64,000 nucleotides of DNA, from positions 336,688-400,687 of the forward strand of contig JAJEJC010000007.1 in NCBI GenBank assembly GCA_022828105.1, given 5' to 3'. The first letter of the stretch is position 1. Every line of letters starts with the position of its first letter. Origin of the DNA: Dehalococcoidia bacterium (GTDB taxonomy: Bacteria; Chloroflexota; Dehalococcoidia; Bin125). Shown piece by piece: positions 1 through 9,551 of the stretch. The notes below the pieces were generated by a model that saw only the letters and a program-made list of their open reading frames with translations, was not told the origin of the DNA and searched no databases. Made by a program: the position numbers and the translations under genes.

Positions 1-192
1 GTAGGTGCCCTTGTCGGGAATCCGGCGCGGATAGCCCTGGCGCATGATGAAGGCCGAGAAGGACGACGGCATGACACGCTCGCAGTCGTCGTCGCACTCG
101 GGACATGGCTGCGGCTCCGGCGCTTCGCGAATCGGCCTTACGACTTCGAAGATGCCCGCGCACGATTCGCACAGGTATTCATACAACGGCAC
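1..192 (-). CDS. FmdB-family zinc-ribbon protein, partial (runs off window start; not in the ORF track)
   Basis: Manual translation from GTG at 192: MPLYEYLCESCAGIFEVVRPIREAPEPQPCPECDDDCERVMPSSFSAF...; matches the MPxYEYxCxxC...CPxC pattern; overlaps the recO stop. Confidence 0.85.
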   Translation of the reverse strand, partial: MPLYEYLCESCAGIFEVVRPIREAPEPQPCPECDDDCERVMPSSFSAFIMRQGYPRRIPDKGTY

Positions 193-1006
193 GGTCCTGC
201 TCCTCTCGCTCTCGCTCGGTGGCCGCGGAGGCGGCGTGGCGACCGATTGCCTCCGCGCGTTCCAACGACTCCTGAAAGCCGCCCGAGCGCAATTGTCCAT
301 CCAGCGCCTGCTCCATCGACAGCCGCAGGTGGCGGTCCAGCTCCGCCGACGTGTTGGCGTCAACCCGCACCTGCGACGTCGCTTCGCACGACGAACGTCT
401 CATATAGCGTAACAATCGAAACACCGGAGAGGACAGCCGCTGTCCGACGCCCGCCTGATGGCAGGACGGACAGACCGCTCCGCCGTCGGCCGGCGCATAG
501 CCATTGCCATCGGGACCGAGCACCGCGCGGCAGCGGACGCACTCGTCCAACTCGGGCCGATAGCCCTGCTGGTCGAGAAAGCGCAGCGTGAACCATCGGC
601 GCACCGCGCGCGGCGCGGATGTCGCCGCCAGCACGTCCAGCGAGCCCTTGAGCAATGCGTAGAGCGGACCCGAGGCGACGTCCAGGTCGGTCGAGCGGTC
701 GACCAGCTCAGCCATCGCCAACGCCTCGGTCATGCGGTCGACGTCGTCGTGCAGCGAGGGCCACGCGTCGAGCGTCTGGGCGTCGGTGATCACATGCAGC
801 GATCGGCCTTGCGCGAGCCCAAACTGGCCGCGACTGAGCGGCTCCACATGGCCGGCCAGCTTGCTCAACGGCTTGCGCACGCCCCTGGCGACCGCCTCGA
901 TCCGTCCCCGCGTCGGAGAGAACAGCACGCAGATCCGATCGGCATCGCCGATCGGTCGCTGCCTCAGCACGATCGCCTCTGTGCGAATCGGATGCCGTCG
1001 CGGCAT
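179..1006 (-). CDS. recO: DNA repair protein RecO
   Basis: N-terminal OB fold (EAIVLR...DADRI...ARGVRK.SKL.G), CVRC/CPSC zinc finger; adjacent to recR. Confidence 0.93.
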   Translation of the reverse strand: MPRRHPIRTEAIVLRQRPIGDADRICVLFSPTRGRIEAVARGVRKPLSKLAGHVEPLSRGQFGLAQGRSLHVITDAQTLDAWPSLHDDVDRMTEALAMAELVDRSTDLDVASGPLYALLKGSLDVLAATSAPRAVRRWFTLRFLDQQGYRPELDECVRCRAVLGPDGNGYAPADGGAVCPSCHQAGVGQRLSSPVFRLLRYMRRSSCEATSQVRVDANTSAELDRHLRLSMEQALDGQLRSGGFQESLERAEAIGRHAASAATEREREEQDRAVV

Positions 1007-1635
1007 CAGTCGTCTCCGTTCGGCTGTTCAACCTCGACGCGGTGCGTCATCGCCGCGCGCAGCGTGCGTTCGTCGGCGTACTCGACATCGGCGCCGACCG
1101 GCAGGCCGTGCGCGATCCGCGTGACTCGCACGCCCATCGCGCCGATCACCCGCGACAGGTATCCGGCCGTCGCCTCGCCTTCAAGATTCGGATTCATCGC
1201 CAGGATCACCTCGTCGATCGACGCGTCGCCCAGCCTGGCCAGCAATTCGCCCACCTTGAGGTCCTCGGGGCCGATTCCGTCCATCGGCGAGATCGCGCCG
1301 TGCAGCACGTGATAGCGGCCGCGATACACGCCCGACCGTTCGATCGCGGCCACGTCCAGCGGCTCCTCGACGACGCAGATCGTCGAGGCGGAACGGTCGG
1401 AATCGAGGCAAATCGCGCAGGGGTCGGCGTCGGTGATGTTCTGGCATGCGGCGCACAGTCGGGTCGAGTCCTTGACCTCGAGCAGCGCCTCGGAGAGCGC
1501 TTCGGCCTCGGCGCGAGGCGCACGCAGCACGTGATAGGCGAGCCGCTGCGCGCTCTTGGGGCCAATCCCGGGCAGCCGGTGGAACGCCTCGATCAGACGC
1601 GCGATGGTCGGCGCGGTTGCCGGCGAGCGCTGCAT
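1006..1635 (-). CDS. recR: Recombination mediator RecR
   Basis: LPGIGPKSAQRLA HhH, CxxC-x8-CxxC, ICVVEE, YHVLHGAISP, Toprim NPNLEGEATA. Confidence 0.97.
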   Translation of the reverse strand: MQRSPATAPTIARLIEAFHRLPGIGPKSAQRLAYHVLRAPRAEAEALSEALLEVKDSTRLCAACQNITDADPCAICLDSDRSASTICVVEEPLDVAAIERSGVYRGRYHVLHGAISPMDGIGPEDLKVGELLARLGDASIDEVILAMNPNLEGEATAGYLSRVIGAMGVRVTRIAHGLPVGADVEYADERTLRAAMTHRVEVEQPNGDD

Positions 1636-2021
1636 TACTGCAGGCCCGGCAGCGACAACCCGTCCGTCAAACCCGACATCCGCTCCTGCTGCATTTCTTC
1701 CAGCCGGTCCTGCGCCTCATTGACGGCGGCCAACACCAGGTCCTGCAACATCTCGGTGTCATCGGGATCGACGACATCCGGGTCGATCACCACTTCGCGC
1801 AGCTTGTGGTCGCCGCCCAGGGTGACCGAAACGACGCCGCCGCCGACCGACGCCTCGACCGTCGCGTCCTTGAGTTCGTCCTGCGCCTCGGCAAGCTGGT
1901 TCTGCAACTCCTGGGCTCGACGAACCATCTCGGGCGAGAAGCCGCCGGCGCCGGCGACGCCCTGTCCGCGCGCCTTGTTGGAGCGCGCCGGGCGGAACAT
2001 GCCACCCTTCCGCTTGGCCAT
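1635..2021 (-). CDS. ybaB: YbaB/EbfC family nucleoid-associated protein
   Basis: VEASVGGGVVSV...IDPDVVDPDDTEMLQDLVLAAVNEA; canonical dnaX-ybaB-recR order. Confidence 0.93.
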   Translation of the reverse strand: MAKRKGGMFRPARSNKARGQGVAGAGGFSPEMVRRAQELQNQLAEAQDELKDATVEASVGGGVVSVTLGGDHKLREVVIDPDVVDPDDTEMLQDLVLAAVNEAQDRLEEMQQERMSGLTDGLSLPGLQ

Positions 2022-2084
2022 CGTCAACCCTTTCGCCCGGTCACCCGGTGTCGCTCTGTCCAGTCTACGCGGTCGGATCGTCGG

Positions 2085-3755
2085 TCAGTTGGCCTGATAC
2101 GGTCGCGCGCCAAAGCGCCGGCTTGCATCCTCGCTGATGCGGCTGCGGGCGGGCTCGGCGTCCTTGCCGCCTGTTGGGGCAGGAGATGAAGCAGGGGATG
2201 AGGCGGGAGACGAAGCAGGGGTCCCGGCTGACTTCGGATCGTCCCGCTGTTGGCCCAGCACGCAGACGACCTGGGCCGGACGCTTGAGGATCTCTTCAGC
2301 GACCTTGGAGAGACTGGGCAAGGAGTCCTGGCAGCGCTTCATGTGGCCTTCGCGATTGGGAGCAAACTCCAGGATCAGTCCTTCGTCCGAGGTCCTGGCA
2401 TCCTGGCACCCGTCCCGAACGGCGGCGGCCAGCACCTTGTCACGACGCAGCAGCGTTCCCAGCAAGTGATCAAGCAACCGTTGACCCGAAGGTTGCTGTT
2501 GTTGCTGGGGTTGCCGCTCGGTCGCGCGCGCCGGCTCCGGGGAAGCGGATGTTCGGTCCGGCAGGCTGCGCGTTTGTTGTTGATCTCGACGTTGGTTCTG
2601 TCGGCGTTGCCCATCGGAACGCTGCTGCGGTCGTGATTGGCGCTGCTGACCGCCCTGCGGGGCTGCCTGCGGCTGCGGAGCAGGCGCCTCGACAACCGGC
2701 GGTCCGTAGACGATCGACGCGAGCGCCAGTTCCAGCGGCAACGGCTGGTACGGATCACGACGCACGTCGGCCTCAGAGAACGCGCGCAGGGCCGTCACGG
2801 CGGCCGACGCCTCGATACCCTTGCTGACCTCCTCAAGCCGTTCAATGTCCGGGGCGGACAGCGAGAGCGTCTCGGACGCGCCGGTCAATGAGAGCAGCAC
2901 GTGGCGCAGATGCGTCACGACCTGTTTCTTGAATCGTCCGAAGTCGATCGCATCCTCCTGCACCGCCGCCAGGACACCGAGCCCCTCGCTCAGCTCGCCG
3001 CGCAGCGCCGCCGAGGCCAGTTCCATCGCCCGCGCGTCGGGACTCAGACCGAGCGCCTCCTGCGCCGATTCCAGCGTGACCGACGAACCGCACATCACCC
3101 AGACCTGATCGAGCAGGTTCACCCCGTCGCGCAGCGAGCCGGTCGCCTCGCGCGAGATGATCCGCAGCGCTTCGTCGGGGATCTCGATTCCCTCGGACTC
3201 GGCGATTGCCCGCAGCCGCGCCACCATGTCGTCGACGCTGACGCGGCGGAAATCGAATCTCTGGCAGCGGCTGAGGATCGTCGGTTTGAGCGCCTCGGGA
3301 TCGGTCGTGGCGAGGATGAATATGACATGCGGCGGCGGTTCTTCGAGCGTCTTCAGCAGCGCATCGGCGGCGGGACCGGTGAGCTGATGCACCTCGTCGA
3401 TCAGATAGACCTTGAATCGCGCCGATCCGGGTCGGTAGTTGGCCCGCTCGCGCAACTCGCGGATGTCGTCGATGCCGCGGTTCGAAGCGGCGTCAATCTC
3501 GACCAGGTCGAAGCCGAGATCGTCGTTGTCGCCCAATGCGGTCGCGCCGGTTGAGGCCGTCCGGCCGTTGATCGCCCGCGCCAGAATCCGAGCCGTCGTG
3601 GTCTTGCCCGTGCCCCGAGGTCCGCAGAAGAGATAGGCGTGCGAGATCTTGTCCTGCGCCACCGCGTTGCGCAGCGTCCGCACAACCGGCTCCTGGCCGA
3701 CGACCTGGTCGAAGTCGGCCGGCCGCCACTTGCGGTAGAGCACCGTTCCGCTCAC
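2085..3755 (-). CDS. dnaX: DNA polymerase III subunit gamma/tau
   Basis: LYRKWRP, Walker A GPRGTGKTT, EIDAASNRG, DEVH, KTLEEPP, SRC; GTG start at 3755 preceded by GGAGG; zinc-module cysteines absent. Confidence 0.95.
   Translation of the reverse strand: MSGTVLYRKWRPADFDQVVGQEPVVRTLRNAVAQDKISHAYLFCGPRGTGKTTTARILARAINGRTASTGATALGDNDDLGFDLVEIDAASNRGIDDIRELRERANYRPGSARFKVYLIDEVHQLTGPAADALLKTLEEPPPHVIFILATTDPEALKPTILSRCQRFDFRRVSVDDMVARLRAIAESEGIEIPDEALRIISREATGSLRDGVNLLDQVWVMCGSSVTLESAQEALGLSPDARAMELASAALRGELSEGLGVLAAVQEDAIDFGRFKKQVVTHLRHVLLSLTGASETLSLSAPDIERLEEVSKGIEASAAVTALRAFSEADVRRDPYQPLPLELALASIVYGPPVVEAPAPQPQAAPQGGQQRQSRPQQRSDGQRRQNQRRDQQQTRSLPDRTSASPEPARATERQPQQQQQPSGQRLLDHLLGTLLRRDKVLAAAVRDGCQDARTSDEGLILEFAPNREGHMKRCQDSLPSLSKVAEEILKRPAQVVCVLGQQRDDPKSAGTPASSPASSPASSPAPTGGKDAEPARSRISEDASRRFGARPYQAN
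2179..2225 (-). repeat. Imperfect 12-bp coding tandem repeat (PASS x3) in the DnaX low-complexity tail
   Basis: Translation TPASSPASSPASSPAP. Confidence 0.7.
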
Positions 3756-3790
3756 GTCGCGCCTCCGTCGGCTGCCGAGTCCACGGTCGC

Positions 3791-3820
3791 AGAGTAGAAC
3801 ATACAATCTATCTCTGTCAA
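3791..3820 (-). promoter_or_regulatory. Sigma70-type promoter for dnaX-ybaB-recR-recO with an overlapping LexA-like box
   Basis: Minus strand TTGACA-18nt-TACTCT; spacer region contains TAGAACATACAATCTA (3795-3810), resembling GAAC-N4-GTTC. Confidence 0.55.
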
Positions 3821-4293
3821 CCGCGCGCGGCTTCGGCGAATCCGGCACGCTCCAGCGCGATCCGCTCCAGCTCCTTCATCCGGCGATCCTCCTCTACCTC
3901 CTCGTGATCGAATCCAAGCAGATGCAGCGTGCCGTGGACTGTGAGCAAGGCCAGCTCGGCCGCCAGTGTGGCGCCCCGTTGCCGCGCCCCGCGCGCCGCG
4001 ACCGGCAAGGCGATCACAATCTCGCCCAGGTCGGCCGCGCCGTCGGGCCGGCGCAAGCCGTAGAAATCGGTGTTGAAGGAGAGCACATCGGTCGCCGAGT
4101 CCTCACCACGAAAGCGCCGATTCAGCCGCCGCACGGTGCGCGAGTCGGTGACACGCAGGGAGACGACGCGGGCGACTCGCAGTTTCCGCGATGCGAGCGT
4201 CTCCCGCACGCAACGCTCAAGAGCGTCCACATCAACCCGGTGGAGAAACGGTGGATCGACCAGGATGTCGACGAAATGTCGGTCGGCGCTCAC
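3817..4293 (-). CDS. ybeY: rRNA maturation endoribonuclease YbeY
   Basis: LNRRFRG.D.ATDVLSF, LGEIVI, HGTLHLLGFDH metal-binding motif. Confidence 0.95.
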   Translation of the reverse strand: MSADRHFVDILVDPPFLHRVDVDALERCVRETLASRKLRVARVVSLRVTDSRTVRRLNRRFRGEDSATDVLSFNTDFYGLRRPDGAADLGEIVIALPVAARGARQRGATLAAELALLTVHGTLHLLGFDHEEVEEDRRMKELERIALERAGFAEAARG

Positions 4294-4294
4294 A

Positions 4295-5767
4295 TCAGGA
4301 GAATATGGCGGCGACGGCGGCCTCGGCGGCGTTGATCAACAGGCCCGGATGCAGGCCGATTACGAGCACGCCGGCGGTGACCAGGCCCATCGCCGCGAGC
4401 ACGCTGTTCGAGGGCCGCGCCACCTCGGGCTGAGTGTCTTCATCCTCGACCGTATCGATGAACATCGCCTTGACCGGTCGCAGGTAGTAGGCAGCCGAGA
4501 TCAGCGTGTTCACCGCGCCGACCACCGCAAGCCAGGCCAGACCGCTCTGGACGGCCGTCTCGAACAGGTAGATCTTGCCGAAGAACACGGCCGTCGGCGG
4601 CAGACCGATCAGCGAAATCAGGGCGAAGGCGAGCACGAATGAGAGCCAGGGGGCGCGCTTGCCTAGTCCCGCGTAGGAACGGATGTCGTAGCTGCCGCCG
4701 TTGTGGTTGGCGATCAGGATGATCACCGTGAACGCGGCCAGGTTGGTGACCGTGTAGCCGGCGAGGTAGAAGAGGATGCCGCTCGCGCCGAGCAGTTCGC
4801 CTCGGTCGGCGGAGATTGCGGCCAGCCCGATCATCAGCGTCCCGGCCTGCGCCACCGAGGAGTAGGCCAGCATTCGCTTGATGTTGTTTTGTCGGATGGC
4901 GAAGAAGTTGCCCACGAACATCGAGAGCGTGGCCAATGCGGCGAAGATCGTCTTCCAGTGCTCGGCGAGCAAGTCGTCGCCCAGCGCCTCGAAGAAGATG
5001 CGGATCAGAATGGCGAACGCGGCCGCCTTGGAGGCGACGGAGAGATATGCGGCGATCGGTGTCGGCGCGCCGGTGTACGCGTCGGGCGCCCACATCTGGA
5101 AGGGCGCCACCGCCGCCTTGAAACCGAATCCGGCGATCAGGAAGACCGCCGCCAGCATCAACGCCTCTTCCTTGCCTGCGCCCTGCCAGGCAATGTAGGA
5201 GGCGATCTCGGAGAGGTTGGTCGAGCCGGTCAGGCCGAGCAGGATCGCCATGCCGTAGAGCAGCACCGCCGAGGCGACTGCGCCTGTGAGCAGGTACTTG
5301 AGTCCGCCCTCCGAGCCCCAGCGATCCTTGTGGAATCCGACCAGGATGTACTGCGAGATCGAGGTGAGCTCGAGCGCGATGAAGACCATGATCAGATCGC
5401 GGGAACCGGCCAGCAGTTGCAGTCCGGCGGTCGAAAACAGGATCAGCGCCAGGTACTCGCCGCGCCGCGAGGGCGTTCGTTGCAGGGTCTCGGTCGAGAC
5501 GAGCACAGCGGCCATTGCCGCGCCCGCGAGCAGGATCTGGAAGAACACGGCGAACTTGTCGACGACCAGCGCGCCGCCGAATCCCTGCGAGCCAATGTGA
5601 CCCTCAGTCAGCAGAATCGCGGAGTAGAGGATCGATCCCAACAGCGCCGCCAGCGTCAAGCCCATCAGGATGCGGCGGTCCTTGAGGAAGAGATCGGCGA
5701 ACAGCAGGAAGCCGCCCACGACCAGCAGGACGAGCTCGGGACCGAGCAGATTGACGTCGTTCAGCAT
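4295..5767 (-). CDS. nuoN: NADH-quinone oxidoreductase subunit N
   Basis: Antiporter-like; ALELTS, EGGLKY, GFKAAVAPFQMWAPDAY.GAPTP, KRMLAYSS. Confidence 0.95.
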   Translation of the reverse strand: MLNDVNLLGPELVLLVVGGFLLFADLFLKDRRILMGLTLAALLGSILYSAILLTEGHIGSQGFGGALVVDKFAVFFQILLAGAAMAAVLVSTETLQRTPSRRGEYLALILFSTAGLQLLAGSRDLIMVFIALELTSISQYILVGFHKDRWGSEGGLKYLLTGAVASAVLLYGMAILLGLTGSTNLSEIASYIAWQGAGKEEALMLAAVFLIAGFGFKAAVAPFQMWAPDAYTGAPTPIAAYLSVASKAAAFAILIRIFFEALGDDLLAEHWKTIFAALATLSMFVGNFFAIRQNNIKRMLAYSSVAQAGTLMIGLAAISADRGELLGASGILFYLAGYTVTNLAAFTVIILIANHNGGSYDIRSYAGLGKRAPWLSFVLAFALISLIGLPPTAVFFGKIYLFETAVQSGLAWLAVVGAVNTLISAAYYLRPVKAMFIDTVEDEDTQPEVARPSNSVLAAMGLVTAGVLVIGLHPGLLINAAEAAVAAIFS

Positions 5768-7323
5768 CAGCCGCCTCCCGCCCCTGCAGAGACCACCGCT
5801 TCAATCTCATGCACAATCGGCTCGACGCCCATCTCCAGCAGGTCCATCACGATCGACGGGTAGACGCCGAGCAGCACGATCAGCGCCATCAGCGCGCCGA
5901 TGATCGTGTACTCGCTCCAGTGATTGGCGTCGGGCAGGTGCGACCACTTCTCGTCCTTCGGTCCGAAGAACGTGCGCTGCAGCGCCCAGAGGATGTAGGC
6001 CGCCGCGAGCAGCACGCCGAGCAGCGACACCGAAACCGCTGCGGTCTGCGACTCGAACGCGCCCAGGAAGATCGTGATTTCGGCCACGAATCCAGCCAAC
6101 GCGGGCAGTCCGAGCCCTGCCAATCCGGCGAAGACCATGCCGATTGCAAGCAGCGGGATGTAGTGCGCCAGACCGCGCATGTCGGCAATCTGCCGCGTAT
6201 GCGTGCGGTCGTAGACCAGGCCGACCATGACGAAGAGCATGCCCGTGATCAGGCCGTGTGTGACGAGCTGCATGGCCGCGCCGCTCATCCCCGTGACTCC
6301 GAGCGCGGACACACCGAGCAGCACGAAGCCCATGTGCGATACGGAGGAATAGGCAATCAGCCGCTTCAGATCGGTCTGCCGCATCGTCACGATCGCGCCG
6401 TAGACGATCGAGACCGCGCCGATGATCGCCAGCGCCAGGTCGGCGTCGGCGCCGACGTCGGGCATCAGCGTGAACAACAGTCTGAGGATGCCGTAGCCGC
6501 CCATCTTGAGCAGCACACCGGCGAGGATTACCGAGACTGCTGTCGGCGCGTCGGTATGCGCGTCGGGCAACCAGGTATGCAGCGGCACGACCGGCAGTTT
6601 GATTGCGAACGCGATCAGGATGAAGGCAAAGATCACCGGAGCGGGCAGGAAGGCCGCCGCAATTGCGTCGGCGCGGATTTCACGGAAGTCGAAGGTGTCG
6701 GCGGCGACGCCGAGCGCCAGGAATCCGACCAGCATGAAGGCCGAGCCGAAGACCGTGTAGAGCACGAACTTGAGCGCCGAGTAGTTGCGGTTGCCGCTAC
6801 CCCAGATCGAGATCAGCAGGAACATCGGGATCAGTTCGAGCTCCCAGAAGAGGAAGAAGAACAGCAGGTCGAGCGAGGTGAACACGCCCAGCACCGAGGT
6901 CTCGAGCACGAGCAGCCAGGCGAAGTATTCCTTGGTGCGCATGTCGATGCGCCAGGAGACCAACACCGCCACCACGGAGAGGAACGCAGTCAGCAGGACG
7001 AGCGGCGTCGACAGGCCGTCGACGCCGAAGGCGTACTTGACGTTGAAGCCGACCGCCTCTGCCGAGATCCAGTCAAACTCGTCGATGAACTGGAAGCCGG
7101 AGACCGAGCGGTCGAAGATGATGAACATCACCAAGGCGATGATCAGTGCGCCGAGCGAGATGCCCAGCGCGATCCACTTGGGATAGTCGCTCGGGTTGCC
7201 GGGCGCGTTCTGCACCAGCCACTGCGTCGGCGTGTGCCTGCCGGGCAGCAGCGCGATCAGCAACACACCCAGGAGGGGCAGGAAGATCAGCAGCGACAGG
7301 ACAGGGAAGCCCGGATCCATCAC
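5767..7323 (-). CDS. nuoM: NADH-quinone oxidoreductase subunit M
   Basis: GVDGLS, FWELELIPM, IKLPVVPLHTWLPDAH, LLKMGGYG, KRLIAYSSVSHMG. Confidence 0.95.
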   Translation of the reverse strand: MMDPGFPVLSLLIFLPLLGVLLIALLPGRHTPTQWLVQNAPGNPSDYPKWIALGISLGALIIALVMFIIFDRSVSGFQFIDEFDWISAEAVGFNVKYAFGVDGLSTPLVLLTAFLSVVAVLVSWRIDMRTKEYFAWLLVLETSVLGVFTSLDLLFFFLFWELELIPMFLLISIWGSGNRNYSALKFVLYTVFGSAFMLVGFLALGVAADTFDFREIRADAIAAAFLPAPVIFAFILIAFAIKLPVVPLHTWLPDAHTDAPTAVSVILAGVLLKMGGYGILRLLFTLMPDVGADADLALAIIGAVSIVYGAIVTMRQTDLKRLIAYSSVSHMGFVLLGVSALGVTGMSGAAMQLVTHGLITGMLFVMVGLVYDRTHTRQIADMRGLAHYIPLLAIGMVFAGLAGLGLPALAGFVAEITIFLGAFESQTAAVSVSLLGVLLAAAYILWALQRTFFGPKDEKWSHLPDANHWSEYTIIGALMALIVLLGVYPSIVMDLLEMGVEPIVHEIEAVVSAGAGGG

Positions 7324-7329
7324 CCGCTC

Positions 7330-9345
7330 CTAGAACAACACGACGGCGATCCAGATGATCATGCCGCCGAGTCCGATTGACAATGTGCCCGCCTGCACCC
7401 AGCCGTTCTGCACGAACCGGGACGCAGACGAGACGGTGAGACCTTCGCGCCAGGCGCGGTTGACCACGCCGTCCACGACATGCTCGTCGAACCACGCCGA
7501 GCCCTGGGCAATCCAGCGATAGAAGACCCTGCGGGCCAGGAAGTTCTCGGCCAGCGAGTCGAGATAGAACAGCTCGGTTGCGAACTTCTGCGCCTCGGGA
7601 ATCGGCCAGATGCCGCCGATGCCCCAGGAGCGAATGCGGTCGCGGTGGTGAATGAAGGCGAACGCCGCGAACCCCGCCGTCAGCGCGAGCGCGGTCGAGC
7701 CGAGGAAGATGCCCCAGCTCCAGTGGAACTTGCCTGCGTGCGGATCGGGTAGCGCGCCGTAGACCCAGGTCTGGAACTCGCCGCCGATCGTCAGGAACCC
7801 GGCCACCACCGAGATCACCATCAGAATCAGCAGCGGAACCGTCATGCTGCGCGGAGACTCGTGCGGGTGCGAGGGATCCTCGTTGCCGTGCTCGCCGGGC
7901 GCGACTTCCTCGCCGCCCTTGTACTCGCCGAAGAAGGTCATGTAGACCGCGCGGACCATGTAGGCGGCGGTCAATCCGGCGGCCAGCAGTCCGAGCACGA
8001 AGACGCCCTTGTTGTGGTCCCAGGCGTAAATCAGGATTTCGTCTTTCGACCAGAATCCGGAGAGCGGGAAGATGCCAGCGAGCGACAACGTGCCTACCGC
8101 AAAGGTGATGAACGTAATCGGCATCAACGTCCGCAGACCGCCCATCTTGCGCATGTCGAAGGTGTTGGTCGAGTGGTTCACCGAGCCCGAGCCGAGGAAC
8201 AGCATCGCCTTGAAGAAGGCGTGCGTCATCAGGTGGAAGACCGCCGCCGCGTAACCGCCGATGCCGATCGCAAACATCATGTAGGCGAGTTGCGAGATCG
8301 TCGAATAGGCGAGGACCCGCTTGATGTCGACCTGGACCAGCGCCAGGATCGCCGCGCCCAGCGCCGTGCCCGCGCCGATCCAGGCAATCAGGTCCGATGC
8401 CGTCGACGAGGCGTGAATAACCGGGAAGAAGCGGGCCAGCAGGTAGACGCCGGCGGCGACCATTGTGGCCGAGTGGACCAACGCCGAGACCGGCGTGGGA
8501 CCCTCCATCGCGTCGGGCAGCCAGATGTGCAGCGGGAACTGGGCCGACTTGCCGACCGCGCCGGCGATCAGGCCGAGACCGAACAGCGTCATCGCCGTCT
8601 GGCCGATCATCAGGCCGTTGAGCGCGAACATCCCCGCCTCTGCCCCGCTGTCGGCGAGCGCGTTGATCGCGGCGATGTCGAGTGTGCCGGTCTTGCTGTA
8701 GATCAGGATCATCGCGGCGAGCATTCCGAGGTCGCCCAGACGGGTGACCAGGAAGGCCTTCTTGGCTGCCGCCGCCGCAGCCGGACGGTGGAACCAGAAT
8801 CCGATCAGCAGGTACGAGGTCAGGCCGACCAACTCCCAGAAGGCGAACAACATCAACAGGTTGTCGGCCAGGACCAGGCCCAGCATCGAGGTCGTGAACA
8901 GCGCCATGAACGCGAAGTAACGCCGGTATCCATGGTCGCCGTCCATGTAGCCGGTCGAGTAGACCTGGACCAGCAGCGACACGCCCGTCACCACGACGAG
9001 CATGACCGAGGTCAGCCCGTCGATCCGCACGCCGAGGTTGACCTTCAGATCGCCGGCGCTAAACAGCAGATGCGTACCGATATCAAGCGGCAGACCGCGC
9101 AGACCGATTGAGTCGATCAGGTTGATCACGGCCAGCACGAACGCAACGGCCAGTGCAATGATCAGAGGCGTCGAGGCCAGCCTCGGTCCGCAGAACTGGT
9201 CGGCGATCGGCTTCCAGGCGCGCGGATAGCTCGGATCCCACTCGGGAATCTGGCGCTGCAGATTCTGATTGAGCGCCGAAATCCCGGCCAACGCGAACGC
9301 CGTCAGCGGCAGAAAGAGAATGACCCAGAAGATCGTCTCCGGCAC
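7330..9345 (-). CDS. nuoL: NADH-quinone oxidoreductase subunit L
   Basis: FWELVGLTSYLLIGFW, GKSAQFPLHIWLPDAMEGPTPVSALVHSATMV, HAFFKAMLFL. Confidence 0.96.
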   Translation of the reverse strand: MPETIFWVILFLPLTAFALAGISALNQNLQRQIPEWDPSYPRAWKPIADQFCGPRLASTPLIIALAVAFVLAVINLIDSIGLRGLPLDIGTHLLFSAGDLKVNLGVRIDGLTSVMLVVVTGVSLLVQVYSTGYMDGDHGYRRYFAFMALFTTSMLGLVLADNLLMLFAFWELVGLTSYLLIGFWFHRPAAAAAAKKAFLVTRLGDLGMLAAMILIYSKTGTLDIAAINALADSGAEAGMFALNGLMIGQTAMTLFGLGLIAGAVGKSAQFPLHIWLPDAMEGPTPVSALVHSATMVAAGVYLLARFFPVIHASSTASDLIAWIGAGTALGAAILALVQVDIKRVLAYSTISQLAYMMFAIGIGGYAAAVFHLMTHAFFKAMLFLGSGSVNHSTNTFDMRKMGGLRTLMPITFITFAVGTLSLAGIFPLSGFWSKDEILIYAWDHNKGVFVLGLLAAGLTAAYMVRAVYMTFFGEYKGGEEVAPGEHGNEDPSHPHESPRSMTVPLLILMVISVVAGFLTIGGEFQTWVYGALPDPHAGKFHWSWGIFLGSTALALTAGFAAFAFIHHRDRIRSWGIGGIWPIPEAQKFATELFYLDSLAENFLARRVFYRWIAQGSAWFDEHVVDGVVNRAWREGLTVSSASRFVQNGWVQAGTLSIGLGGMIIWIAVVLF

Positions 9346-9349
9346 GCCG

Positions 9350-9544
9350 CTACACCTTCCCCAGGATTTCCCGCGCCACGTGCGTCTTGGAGTCCGGCAC
9401 GTAGAGCATCACCGGCGCGAAGTCGCCTTCGTCCTGACGATCCGGCTCGACCACGAAGCGCACCGACACACCCTCGGCAAACAACAACTCGCGCAGCGTT
9501 TCCGCCACGTAGCGATTCGGCACGGTCATCAGCGGGGCCCACAT
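9350..9544 (-). CDS. Small soluble protein inside the nuo operon (DUF2007-like)
   Basis: 64 aa filling the nuoK-nuoL gap with 7-nt and 4-nt spacers; pattern W..L.T......AE....LL..EGV ... LYVP......AREIL. Confidence 0.6.
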   Translation of the reverse strand: MWAPLMTVPNRYVAETLRELLFAEGVSVRFVVEPDRQDEGDFAPVMLYVPDSKTHVAREILGKV

Positions 9545-9551
9545 GTCAATG

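Noticed and set aside
2085-3755. Programmed -1 frameshift or slippage site producing the DnaX gamma subunit
   Set aside because: No A-AAA-AAG or long A run is visible in the gene.
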